A stretch of DNA of 64,000 nt from an uncultured virus (IMG/VR IMGVR_UViG_3300009158_000042) (Duplodnaviria > Heunggongvirae > Uroviricota > Caudoviricetes): IMG/VR virus record IMGVR_UViG_3300009158_000042. One strand, written 5' to 3'. The translations under genes and the position numbers were made by a program. Within the stretch, counting starts at the first letter, position 1. Each line of letters begins with the position of its first letter. The notes under the pieces were generated by a model that was not told where the DNA came from, ran no database searches, and worked only from the letters and a program-made list of their open reading frames with translations. This document shows, piece after piece, positions 1 to 9,122 of the stretch.

Positions 1-1
1 A

Positions 2-100
2 GACGGCAAGCGCACCGCGCAATTTGAACACACCGTGTTGGTCACTGAAACTGGTGTTGATGTATTGACAGGTGGACCAATCACCAAAGGGAAAAAATGA
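2..100 (+). CDS. map: Methionine aminopeptidase, C-terminal fragment (gene starts before window)
   Basis: Frame 2 reads DGKRTAQFEHTVLVTETGVDVLT, the characteristic AQFEHTxLVT C-terminus of type I MetAP; TGA at 98-100. Confidence 0.8.
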   Translation, partial: DGKRTAQFEHTVLVTETGVDVLTGGPITKGKK

Positions 101-149
101 GAGTATGGATTGACCAACACATTCGTGACCACGTAAAGGGAGATGCCTG

Positions 150-401
150 ATGGCCGGTAAAAAACCAACAAAAGCTATTGCTACCCAAAACAAGCAAAAA
201 GCAGTACTTGACCCTGCAATCTACGGAATTAGCGTAAAATACATAGGTACCAAGTCATCCCCGTGCCCTTGTGGTGAATGTGGGAGAAACATGGTTAGGG
301 GAATGATAAGACTAAGAACGAATGATTATTTTTGTTCAGAAGTCTGCGCATTTAACTCGCATCTTAAAAACACCAAGACACAAGAAAGTACAATCTCATG
401 A
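150..401 (+). CDS. Hypothetical small Cys-rich (Zn-binding) protein
   Basis: ORF with CPCGEC...FCSEVC. Confidence 0.6.
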   Translation: MAGKKPTKAIATQNKQKAVLDPAIYGISVKYIGTKSSPCPCGECGRNMVRGMIRLRTNDYFCSEVCAFNSHLKNTKTQESTIS

Positions 402-613
402 GAAAATTGTCACCAGAAGAGAGAGCGGCAAAGCGCGCTCTTACAGAAACAGCAGCACCAGTAGCGGAAGCAACTTCTAAAAAATCTAAGAAAAAAGAAG
501 TAGTCGAAGAAGCCGTACCTGCAGAAGAAGCCGTACCTGCAGAAGAAGCCGTAGCCGAAGTTGCTCCAGCAACAGAAGAAGAAGTATCAGTAAAAGAAGA
601 AGCTGCTGAATAA
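398..613 (+). CDS. Hypothetical low-complexity Lys/Glu/Ala-rich protein
   Basis: ORF overlaps upstream stop (ATGA); internal 18-bp tandem repeat gaagaagccgtacctgca (EEAVPA) at about 506-553. Confidence 0.6.
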   Translation: MRKLSPEERAAKRALTETAAPVAEATSKKSKKKEVVEEAVPAEEAVPAEEAVAEVAPATEEEVSVKEEAAE

Positions 614-673
614 AACTTCCTGTTAGGAAAGTTTCAGTAATCAATTTCTTTAAACAAACAGGACAACCATAAG

Positions 674-1006
674 GTGAAAAAAGAGCTTATATCCAGCATT
701 TTAATGCGAATACTAGCTACTTTTGCCGCATCTGGTCTTGGTGTCATAGGTGCCGGCACAATAGCTGGCGTGCCTGTTTGGAAGTCTGTATTTATGGCTG
801 GTCTTGCTGGCGTAGCAACTGTCATAGAAGGTCTTTCTCGAGCCTTCCTAGATGATGGAAAACTAACCGCATCAGAAATCAATGCTGTCTTCTCTCGCTT
901 CGATAAAAAAGATGTATCAGATAGTGAAGTTGCCAAAAAAGAAGAAGCAACTAACGCTCGTAAAAGAAAAGCAGCCGAGACAACTACTTCTACTGTAGAA
1001 CAATAA
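674..1006 (+). CDS. Membrane protein, holin-like
   Basis: Two hydrophobic helices followed by a charged C-terminal tail. Confidence 0.45.
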   Translation: MKKELISSILMRILATFAASGLGVIGAGTIAGVPVWKSVFMAGLAGVATVIEGLSRAFLDDGKLTASEINAVFSRFDKKDVSDSEVAKKEEATNARKRKAAETTTSTVEQ

Positions 1007-1078
1007 AGAAATGGTACGTTGTTAGTAGCTGTTAGCGCGTGTAAAGAGACGTAGTACTTTTTATAGATTTATCTAAAG

Positions 1079-1432
1079 TTGGAACAGATGGCTCCTAAAA
1101 TCCAGGACACCGAACAGGTTTGGCATAACGATAAACACAAACTCAGCTTGCGCATAAACAAGTCCGAGTTAGAGATAATGCAAATTATCTGTCCAGAAGA
1201 AGGACTTCACGCCTGCACTAACAGAGATGGCGTGTGCGTGGTTCAGCACTTTATTGGACTGTATGGACTTGATTGTAATGGTGGAGTGTGTCCAGCCCAA
1301 GAACACTTAGAAATATGCTGGACACTCATCGGTGACGTTAATGATGTTGAGTCATCTCAGCTTTGGTTTATTCCTCTTGCTGACGAGGTGTTTCAAGCAT
1401 GGATTGTTTCAAACCAGGAGCCACAACCCTAG
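1079..1432 (+). CDS. Hypothetical protein
   Basis: ORF track; Cys-containing. Confidence 0.55.
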   Translation: MEQMAPKIQDTEQVWHNDKHKLSLRINKSELEIMQIICPEEGLHACTNRDGVCVVQHFIGLYGLDCNGGVCPAQEHLEICWTLIGDVNDVESSQLWFIPLADEVFQAWIVSNQEPQP

Positions 1433-1883
1433 ACCTACTGGGTCTATTGTTTTTACGCCTACAGGCTTCAATGTACTTCTGATTGGCTTCTTCAAGGATG
1501 GCATCCTCTCTGTCTATATTGTCAAGACTTAAAAGCGCCCCCCTCTCCGCGACATCAGCAAGCCTCTGCCTAAGAGTTGCTACATACATCTTCCCAAGCA
1601 TTTTGTCTCTTGTTTCTCTGTAGTGATTTACGGATATGTATATCTCGTTTATGCCGGATGAAGTTATAAACCAGGTGTCTTCTCCAGACTTGTACAAAAG
1701 CTCATTTTTCTCCATTTTTCTAAGCAATGGACGTATATCACTGTAATGACGCTTACTGAACTTGCCAGACAAACACTCCTTTACTTCCATTGGAGTGAAC
1801 GAACCTCTACGCATTCTTGCGAAACAAAGCGCATAATACGAAAGAGTGCCGTAACTAACTAGTGGGAATCTTTGTTCTGACAT
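1368..1883 (-). CDS. Hypothetical protein, possible winged-helix DNA-binding
   Basis: Pattern LRKMEKNELLYKSGEDTWFITSSG resembles a wHTH wing. Confidence 0.45.
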   Translation of the reverse strand: MSEQRFPLVSYGTLSYYALCFARMRRGSFTPMEVKECLSGKFSKRHYSDIRPLLRKMEKNELLYKSGEDTWFITSSGINEIYISVNHYRETRDKMLGKMYVATLRQRLADVAERGALLSLDNIDREDAILEEANQKYIEACRRKNNRPSRSRVVAPGLKQSMLETPRQQEE

Positions 1884-1897
1884 TGAATAACATTGTA

Positions 1898-2332
1898 TTA
1901 GAACGGTTCCTGTTCGCCAACTTCTTCTTGTTCAGAAAATTTAATAGTTTCAACAGCGCGTAGAACATGTTGTATATCAGGCTGTTCTTTAATTAATTTA
2001 TTATTTAATCGATAGACATTTTGTCGGTTAACTTTTGTCTTTGTAAGAAGCCCTGAAGATATAAGGCTTTTAACAGTTTTATCTATCATTGTTTCACTGA
2101 GGTCAAGATAAACAGAAACAGCACGAACTGTCATTGTTGGGTCTTGAATTAAAGAAATTAAAACTCGACCACTTGTGGATAACAAATTAACATCCGTATC
2201 ACGATGATACCTAAGTATTTTTTTATCATCCAGTGCTTCCATTATTTTCTGCACGGCTTCACTAGTTCCACCTTCTGAAGTGATGGCTTTTTCTATCGCT
2301 TTTTTAATGTCATCGTTTTTTGCGTTCTTCAT
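1898..2332 (-). CDS. MarR-like winged-helix DNA-binding protein
   Basis: PTMTVRAVSVYLDLSETMIDKTVKSLISSGLLTKTK HTH-wing pattern. Confidence 0.65.
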   Translation of the reverse strand: MKNAKNDDIKKAIEKAITSEGGTSEAVQKIMEALDDKKILRYHRDTDVNLLSTSGRVLISLIQDPTMTVRAVSVYLDLSETMIDKTVKSLISSGLLTKTKVNRQNVYRLNNKLIKEQPDIQHVLRAVETIKFSEQEEVGEQEPF

Positions 2333-2451
2333 AGATACCTGTACATGATGGGGTAGGGTGGGGTAACATCTGGGGTGTCATAGAGACCGACATTGAGAGC
2401 AACACTTGATGAGAAACACCACATAATTACAGACACTAGCAGGAGGGGCGA

Positions 2452-2730
2452 ATGCTCAAAGATACTCTCAAAGAACTAATAGCAAAGCCGGACAATACGT
2501 TCGACAATTGCAAACTAGGTTCCATTATTAATAGCCAAGACAAAGAGACCCAAAAGGTACTTATAGACGCACTTAGTGGAGACATATCCACGATGTCACT
2601 TATAAGGGCACTTAACGCCGAAGGTATCAAACTCAGCAGAGAATACCTAGGTACAAAGAGGGCCGGATGCTTCAAGAACGAAAACGGTAGCAATTCCTGC
2701 TGCATTAACAACAAGTCAGAAAGTAAGTAA
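2452..2730 (+). CDS. Hypothetical protein
   Basis: ORF with strong RBS (aggagggg). Confidence 0.6.
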   Translation: MLKDTLKELIAKPDNTFDNCKLGSIINSQDKETQKVLIDALSGDISTMSLIRALNAEGIKLSREYLGTKRAGCFKNENGSNSCCINNKSESK

Positions 2731-2731
2731 A

Positions 2732-3982
2732 ATGGTCCCCCCAAAGAAAAAACCAGCAGCAGCTCCAAATCTTGGTGAAAAATTAAGAAATTTGAAGAAT
2801 ACGGCCGAAACAGCCAAGGCCACTGTAGACGGTGAAAAAAACTCAAAAAAAACACTCAATGACATCGCGCAGATGCTTGCTCGTAAAGGTATCGACCCAT
2901 CCGAAGTTGGCTCAATCAAAAAAGTTTCGCTTTACCAGTCGGTAACAAAGAACCCAGATACTGGCGAAGCAATAGTTCACGACCTTCAAGCCATCCAGTT
3001 CAGCCCTTCGTGGGAGACCGGACCAGCTTGGCCTGTTATAGAACAAGGGCCTCAAATACAAATACAAAAGGTAAAGACAAAAACCGGCAAGCCCAAAGCA
3101 TGGGAGACCGCAGTTATCGTACCTGATATACAAATAGGTTTTTACCGTAAATCGCTCGATTCTTTTGAATTAGAGCCAATTCATGACGAAAAAGCCATAG
3201 CAGTTGCTCTTGAAGTAATAAAGAACATGAACCCTGACCAAGTGGTTCTCGTAGGAGACAACCTCGACTTTGCGGAATTCGGCAAGTTTCTTACCGCCGC
3301 ACCATTTAAACAGATGGTTCAAGCCTCAATTGACCGAGCAACCATGCTTTGTGCACAATTGCGCGAAGCAGCGCCTACTGCCAAAATCACATGGATTGCC
3401 GGAAACCACGAAGCAAGATTGGCGCGATACATCCAAACCAACGCAGAAGCAGCTTTTGGCATCACCCGAGGTAAAGCAGATAAATTTAGAGAGACCTGGC
3501 CTGTCCTTTCTGTGCCATTTCTTTGCAGAATGGATGAATTCGGCGTCGAATATCTTCCCGGTTACCCAGAATCAGCTCACTACATCAACTCAAACCTGAT
3601 GATTGTTCATGGAGACAAGGTTGTTTCAAACAACTCAACCACCAAGAAGTATCTGGACAATGAGCGTATATCAGTTATTTATGGACATATCCACAGAAAT
3701 GAGTACGCCTACAGAACTCGCCGTACAGACAAGGGTCCACGAACAATCATGGCCGCAAGTCCTGGATGTCTCTGCAGAGTAGACGGCGCTGTTCCATCCA
3801 CGAAATCAGGTATGGACGAATTTGGTAGACCACTCCTCCAAGGAGCCGAGAACTGGCAACAAGGACTAGGAATAGTTACTTACCAGCCTTACGGAGTAGG
3901 CGAAGAGTGGTTCAACTACGAACCAATGTGGATTTACAACGGCCGAGGCATCCTTCGCGGAGTGGAGTACGTTGCCCAATGA
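2732..3982 (+). CDS. Calcineurin-like metallophosphoesterase
   Basis: Motifs PDIQ, GDNLD, GNHE, VHGD, GHIH. Confidence 0.85.
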   Translation: MVPPKKKPAAAPNLGEKLRNLKNTAETAKATVDGEKNSKKTLNDIAQMLARKGIDPSEVGSIKKVSLYQSVTKNPDTGEAIVHDLQAIQFSPSWETGPAWPVIEQGPQIQIQKVKTKTGKPKAWETAVIVPDIQIGFYRKSLDSFELEPIHDEKAIAVALEVIKNMNPDQVVLVGDNLDFAEFGKFLTAAPFKQMVQASIDRATMLCAQLREAAPTAKITWIAGNHEARLARYIQTNAEAAFGITRGKADKFRETWPVLSVPFLCRMDEFGVEYLPGYPESAHYINSNLMIVHGDKVVSNNSTTKKYLDNERISVIYGHIHRNEYAYRTRRTDKGPRTIMAASPGCLCRVDGAVPSTKSGMDEFGRPLLQGAENWQQGLGIVTYQPYGVGEEWFNYEPMWIYNGRGILRGVEYVAQ

Positions 3983-4212
3983 GCGGATACGACTTTGGCG
4001 AGAACATGCCAAACCTCAGAGAAGACCTAGAATCCTTAAGAGACAAGGGTCTCATCGATATTGTTGGGATAAATGACGAGGGAGAGTGGCTTTACAACCT
4101 TTCCCCCACATCAAAACAACTTGTTGAAGAACTTCGCCATGAAACCGATGACATATGGGGTACTATCGCATTACTCATGGAAAACATGATGGAGGAAGAG
4201 CGTGACCTATGA
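3979..4212 (+). CDS. Hypothetical protein
   Basis: ATG overlaps upstream TGA; resembles ORF 44834-45028 (GLxDI...E/DGEWxY). Confidence 0.55.
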   Translation: MSGYDFGENMPNLREDLESLRDKGLIDIVGINDEGEWLYNLSPTSKQLVEELRHETDDIWGTIALLMENMMEEERDL

Positions 4213-4844
4213 CAACAATAATTGGCATACAGGGTGATGGCTTTTGTATAGCAACAACTGATTCTCGCATCTCAGAGCTTGAGGGCGGGTCTAATTTGAT
4301 TTCGCAATTTGTCAGTCTAAAAGAGACGAATACGAAAATAGCCTTAAATGGTCGCTACTTGTTGGGCGCGGCAGGGGATTTGCGCGCCATAAACATACTG
4401 CATCACGCTTTCCAGCCTCCGCCGGCACCGCCAACACTTAAAGGCAAGAAGCTCGACCACTTCGTTACAGTTAAATTTATCCCAGCTTTAAGAGAAGTAT
4501 TCGAGTCTTCCGGATACGCAATGCCTGATAAAGATGAAAAGACTCACATGGCGGAGCATGCCTCCACTGTATTCATGGCCATAAACGGCACTATCTATAT
4601 CATTGATGGAGATTACTCCTGGATATCTGACTCCTCTGGCTTGTTTGCCATAGGGAGCGGAGCCCAATACGCACTCGGTTCTCTCTATACACAGATGCCA
4701 AAAGGCAAACTAACCCTGCCAATGGCAAAGAAAATAGCAATGCGCGCAATCAATGTGGCCGCAAAGTTTGACCCATATACGGGAGCGCCGTACCACGCCT
4801 TCGTACAGGGAGCCGAAAAACCCCCTGCACCTAAGTCTCAATAG
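4209..4844 (+). CDS. Ntn-hydrolase, proteasome beta-subunit/HslV-like peptidase
   Basis: N-terminal MTTII nucleophile Thr, DSR, K at conserved position, AIGSG motif, D-x-Y-T-G near C-terminus. Confidence 0.8.
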   Translation: MTTIIGIQGDGFCIATTDSRISELEGGSNLISQFVSLKETNTKIALNGRYLLGAAGDLRAINILHHAFQPPPAPPTLKGKKLDHFVTVKFIPALREVFESSGYAMPDKDEKTHMAEHASTVFMAINGTIYIIDGDYSWISDSSGLFAIGSGAQYALGSLYTQMPKGKLTLPMAKKIAMRAINVAAKFDPYTGAPYHAFVQGAEKPPAPKSQ

Positions 4845-4874
4845 ATAAGTCATCACAGGATATATAATTAACTC

Positions 4875-5012
4875 ATGCCAACAAAAAGCCAAAAACTAGC
4901 CGCAACAGCATCCTTCATCATCTCCTTGCCTATCGTTATTGGCTTGATTGTCCTAATTCGCTCCATGCGTGAGCACTTCAGGAAAATACGAGAAGGATAC
5001 CGCTGGGAATAA
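4875..5012 (+). CDS. Small single-pass membrane protein
   Basis: 45-aa ORF MPTKSQKLAATASFIISLPIVIGLIVLIRSMREHF... read from sequence (below ORF-track cutoff). Confidence 0.45.
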   Translation: MPTKSQKLAATASFIISLPIVIGLIVLIRSMREHFRKIREGYRWE

Positions 5013-5287
5013 TCCCACGACCTTTGACCCAACTATCTCCATATCTGGGTAGATAGATAAAGAAACGCCTTTTTAACCCATCCACGTGTAAGAAAAGTCC
5101 GTGTAATCACCATAGGTGTCTAACTCTTCTATGTAGGAGTAAACAAACTCTAGGGAGTAGTAGAAACACCTACCCTTTTTCTGCTCTGCGGGCATTGTCA
5201 CAGAATCCACTTAACACCCCCCTGTGAGTACGAGTGTACTAATAATTGTGTAGTACTTAAAAATAAGCTTTTACACAAGGACACATA

Positions 5288-5638
5288 GTGGAATCAGACA
5301 ACAAAAAGACCCAACAAAAATTACCCAATAAAAATACCTTACCTGTAGAAAGTCTAGCTATACCTAAAAAAGCTTGGTTTGGAATGGCAGCCTGTAAAGG
5401 AAAGACCGAACTAATGTTCCCCAAACAACATAAGGACATTACTTATATCGCTCAGGCGAGAGCATTGTGCAGAACATGCCCAGTGATAGATAACTGTTTG
5501 GAGTACGCACTAGAGTTCCCGCCAGCTGATATGCACGGAGTATGGGCAGGACTCACATCAAGACAACTAGCCGCAGAACAAAGAAGGCGCAAGATAAAAC
5601 CAATACGCCCAACACTCGCACAAATGTGGGGTAACTAA
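5288..5638 (+). CDS. whiB: WhiB-family Fe-S transcription factor
   Basis: Four Cys (AAC...CRTCPVIDNC), GVWAGL turn, basic C-terminus. Confidence 0.9.
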   Translation: MESDNKKTQQKLPNKNTLPVESLAIPKKAWFGMAACKGKTELMFPKQHKDITYIAQARALCRTCPVIDNCLEYALEFPPADMHGVWAGLTSRQLAAEQRRRKIKPIRPTLAQMWGN

Positions 5639-5918
5639 CTTATGGTCACTTTTATCATGCTGGGAATTATTTACGCTTTCATCCTATGGTGGAGTTCCTA
5701 CTAGAAGAGAAAGGGCTGGGCCGGAAGTCCGTTAGCAATCGCGCCTTTTTGTGTGGTTTGAGCATCCACCGACCCAGCAAGAGAAACTTTATCGCCGGCC
5801 ATAAACAAAAGCAACACCCGTATAGCTTTCCACCCGCAAAAGGAATAAACGCAAAAAACCTCCGGAAGCTTGCGAATTTGCTCTTTTTTTCTTTTTTGAG
5901 AAAATTTGTCAGTATTAA

Positions 5919-6263
5919 CTACAAAATCCTCAAATTACAGGTCGTACAGTATTGCATTTCATTTAATAGTGTTAATTTTTGGACGCATTCTTTTTGTCCG
6001 CAGGGTTTTAGTATCTGTTCGCCCCTGATGTAGGCAAGAACTGTCTCTTCGACTGTTGGTATTGAGAACTGTGGGGTGCCGGCGTCCGGTATTCCCTTCT
6101 CGTTCTGAATGAATTGCCACACGGCATACAGCACTACTTCGTTTACCGAGTAGCCCTTTGCGCGCGCATAGTCAACTATCTCATTTTTTTGTTTGCCTTT
6201 TAGGCGTATTTGTATAGTGACGTACCTATCGGGGAATTTAGTCTTTTCAGACTTACGCCCCAT
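5919..6263 (-). CDS. Ribbon-helix-helix-like DNA-binding protein with C-terminal Cys motif
   Basis: VTIQIRL...YARAKGYSVNEVV; CxxxxC...CxxC. Confidence 0.55.
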   Translation of the reverse strand: MGRKSEKTKFPDRYVTIQIRLKGKQKNEIVDYARAKGYSVNEVVLYAVWQFIQNEKGIPDAGTPQFSIPTVEETVLAYIRGEQILKPCGQKECVQKLTLLNEMQYCTTCNLRIL

Positions 6264-6420
6264 CGCGTTCTACCAATGATTGCAAGTAAGCGGTGAGCGT
6301 CAGGTCTACAGCAGATGATTGGTTTATGAGCTTTTCTTTAAACTCTTTTGTAACGCGCAGCGTGAGTGTTACTACTGGTTTAGTAGGAATGGTTACTGGA
6401 CGGCCAGGATTTCTCTTCAT
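6253..6420 (-). CDS. Ribbon-helix-helix DNA-binding protein
   Basis: PGRP...VTLTLRV...LTLTAYLQSLV. Confidence 0.6.
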   Translation of the reverse strand: MKRNPGRPVTIPTKPVVTLTLRVTKEFKEKLINQSSAVDLTLTAYLQSLVERDGA

Positions 6421-6598
6421 GCAAGAGAATTTACTGCAATACGAACGTCCTGATTGCAACAACGATAAGCAATACGGTTATTAGCTTTGTTGCGAACTTC
6501 TGACTGGAGTACATTGTCGACCAGATGAGGGCACTAGAACAAAATAAAATTAGGACTTTTAAAAAGGGTAACATTAATAACCTCACTATTGTTGGGAA

Positions 6599-7090
6599 CT
6601 ATTGTTCCTCTATTAGAGGGACCGCATATCTTGCGATATCCATCTCTGACACTATCCTAGTGTAGGTCCGGCAGAAGGCTTCCCTGTCTGAGTTGGTGTG
6701 CATGCCGATTGCAGCATCCCCTAATTGTTTGACAGTTTCTTTCAGTGCTTCTGATACCCCAATAGAAGGAGCCATACCTGAGTTGACGTCTTTTTGTATG
6801 GTAATCCAAGTACCCCAAGCAGAAAGGGGGTCTTCGAATTGGGTCATTTTTGTGACCCTATTTATTGCGGTGCGGCGTATCTCTCCTGGGCGGGGGAGGA
6901 ACTGCGCTTCTACAGCCAGAGTAAGGAATGCTGCCTTCGCATCCTTGTAATCCAAATCGTGCAACAAGTCGAACCAAGATGCATAAAGCAACTTAGTTGG
7001 TGCGGGTCCTACAGGGAGAGGGACATTAAAGGTCATGTAGGCCTGGTCCACTAGTGAGCACAGCTCTTCTTTGGTCATTCGTTTATCCAT
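6599..7090 (-). CDS. Helicase loader/inhibitor (SPP1 G39P-like) family protein
   Basis: WFDLLHDLDY...FLPRPGEIR pattern; follows an initiator-like gene. Confidence 0.6.
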   Translation of the reverse strand: MDKRMTKEELCSLVDQAYMTFNVPLPVGPAPTKLLYASWFDLLHDLDYKDAKAAFLTLAVEAQFLPRPGEIRRTAINRVTKMTQFEDPLSAWGTWITIQKDVNSGMAPSIGVSEALKETVKQLGDAAIGMHTNSDREAFCRTYTRIVSEMDIARYAVPLIEEQ

Positions 7091-7458
7091 TCGTCTTTAG
7101 CTGAGGTTTCGCTCTGCTTGTCATGCAGCTCGAGGAACTTCTCTACATTGCCGGCGTTTCTGAATATGACTGACACATCGTTATAGGCCTGGCCCCTATT
7201 ATTCTGGCCCATCCACCACGGGTCATTGGCACAGCCGTCTATGGCATCCCTACAGGCTTCTACTCCATATACAGCAATTGCCCACCCGATATCTCTGTGG
7301 CGGTTTACATCGAGAGCAGCGCGGCGTTTGGTCTTGCCCATAGCTACCTTCCAGTACTCAAAGATTTCTTCTATTAGAACATTGGAGACAGTTTTGGCTA
7401 GGTCTCCCTTACTCCTATTGTGAGCGCTGGGACCTCTTACTTTTTTATCATCTACCAT
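7075..7458 (-). CDS. Phage replication-initiator C-terminal-like protein
   Basis: IFEYW...AIDG...WWMGQNNRG...VIFRN..NVEKFLE resembles phage replisome-organizer C-termini. Confidence 0.5.
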   Translation of the reverse strand: MVDDKKVRGPSAHNRSKGDLAKTVSNVLIEEIFEYWKVAMGKTKRRAALDVNRHRDIGWAIAVYGVEACRDAIDGCANDPWWMGQNNRGQAYNDVSVIFRNAGNVEKFLELHDKQSETSAKDEWINE

Positions 7459-7753
7459 TTTATGAATCTATCCCTTAATTTGTGATTACACACAGAGTTC
7501 TCCTTAAGCCTGATGGAGAAGGCTACGGTTTTGACGTTGGCTTCTTTTCCGTGGACGGAAGATGTTTCGCCTAGTGAAGGACGGTCGCTGCGCTCCCTTT
7601 TGGAGGGGGGTGTGGGGGGAACCTTTAGATTTGCTCCAGCGCCCACGCATGCTAATGCCCACCGAGTTGATTGGGTGGTACAAAGATGCTAAGAAGTGAC
7701 ATATGCCTATGTCATGTGAATCACATTCAAGCTCTATTGAACTTGCGGAGGTG

Positions 7754-7782
7754 ATGGTAGCAGCATCATCCACCACCGTCAA
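7754..7782 (-). promoter_or_regulatory. Sigma70-type promoter TTGACG-17-TACCAT upstream of the replication genes
   Basis: Minus strand reads TTGACG gtggtggatgatgctgc TACCAT; overlaps the TCATCCACCACCGTCA repeat. Confidence 0.55.
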
Positions 7783-7900
7783 CCCCTAACGCGAGGAATC
7801 TTTTAAAAGCCGGCGAAATATTTTTTGTTGACGTGTTCGTGTCACGGTTCGGATAAGTCTTGACGCGCGCTCGAGCCGTTATGCTGCTAAATTGGCCGGG

Positions 7901-8012
7901 GCTTCTACGGGAGGGTTTACCCCTTTCGACCTCCTATGGAAGTAGGACCCTGGAGTTGAGTTTTCTGGAACGTTGGTAGGTGGCTTACCGGAAAACTCCT
8001 CCGGGGTTTCCC
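7901..8012 (+). ncRNA. Candidate two-hairpin small RNA
   Basis: Two long imperfect stems (7902-7942, 7945-8011) in an intergenic gap, preceded by extended -10-like TGcTAAATT; loops are complementary to leaders of array genes. Confidence 0.45.
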
Positions 8013-8016
8013 ATCT

Positions 8017-8373
8017 CTACTCGTAGACGTCCCAGTCAGGCCAGAACGGTCTGTTCTTTTTGTCTTTTATTTCCTTGGCGCGGCGGAATGCTGCCTTGCC
8101 CATGGATTCTTTATCGAAGTACGACCAATTGGGGTTGCCCATCATTTGTACATTGAGGGTTGACCTGAGGTCTTTGTCCATATGCTTGTGACCGTACTCA
8201 TGATTCAACATCTCTTGAAGCTCTTCGTCTACCAGAGACGTCTGGGCCTCAACATATTTATTGAATTCTTTTGAGTACTTCTTCTGGGTCCTACGACGTT
8301 CGACAGATTTTGAGTCAAAAAACCAAATAATTAGCGCAGCGATGGCCGCAGCTGTAATAGTGAATTGTTTCAT
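8017..8373 (-). CDS. Hypothetical membrane-anchored protein
   Basis: N-terminal hydrophobic stretch; RBS ggag. Confidence 0.6.
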   Translation of the reverse strand: MKQFTITAAAIAALIIWFFDSKSVERRRTQKKYSKEFNKYVEAQTSLVDEELQEMLNHEYGHKHMDKDLRSTLNVQMMGNPNWSYFDKESMGKAAFRRAKEIKDKKNRPFWPDWDVYE

Positions 8374-8381
8374 TTTTTCTC

Positions 8382-8621
8382 CTAAAATTGAGAATCTTGA
8401 GGGAAGTGTACTTCATCCCCAGTTAGCGGGTCGGTAAACAGAATTAAAACGTCATTTTTTGCAATATCAATCTGGGCCCAACCCAGCATCTTGTCAATAA
8501 TCGCATTTTTTGTAATTTCTTCGCCGGCCGCAGCTAGCTCAGCTCGAGCTTCCGCCGCGGAATAATGCAAATTAAATGAAATTCCAACAATATCTGGGAG
8601 ACCGTCGCGGTACGTGCTCAT
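8382..8621 (-). CDS. Hypothetical protein
   Basis: ORF, coupled to neighbours. Confidence 0.55.
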   Translation of the reverse strand: MSTYRDGLPDIVGISFNLHYSAAEARAELAAAGEEITKNAIIDKMLGWAQIDIAKNDVLILFTDPLTGDEVHFPQDSQF

Positions 8622-8857
8622 CGTTTGAAGAATTCTTCGTTTTTCTTCATGATTTCTGGAGCTGCGCGGCCAGCAATTTCGAAGGTTTCATAATGGACGA
8701 TGTCCCCGCATAGATAACATAGGTAGTAGTCGTCCCAGTCCTTGGGTGTTGGCTCTACTAGTTCTCCATCTTTTGTACATGGGTAGAACCCGTCACTGTC
8801 TGGGCGGTTGCCGCATGTGCATTCCCACCAGTCTTCTGCTAATTGTTTAATAGTCAT
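8618..8857 (-). CDS. Hypothetical Zn-finger-like protein
   Basis: CTCGN...GFYPC...CYLCG. Confidence 0.6.
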   Translation of the reverse strand: MTIKQLAEDWWECTCGNRPDSDGFYPCTKDGELVEPTPKDWDDYYLCYLCGDIVHYETFEIAGRAAPEIMKKNEEFFKR

Positions 8858-9122
8858 AGCGGACCCTTTCTAATTGATGCACGTATAACGCGTGCGCGTT
8901 TAAATTTATCTAAAGTCTACAAGAATTTAGTGAAGTTTCTTTTTCTTTTTTTTCTTAATTTTGTAGCCGGCGCGCTCGAGCTCTTCGATTACGTGCTGCG
9001 GGATTCCTTCCCAGATTGGGATTCCCTTTTGAGTTAAGGCACGAGCAATCGCTGCGCGCTTTGGTCCTAGTTGACTAATGTCTTGCATCATCCACCACCG
9101 TCATTCGTTAACGTGAGAAAAC

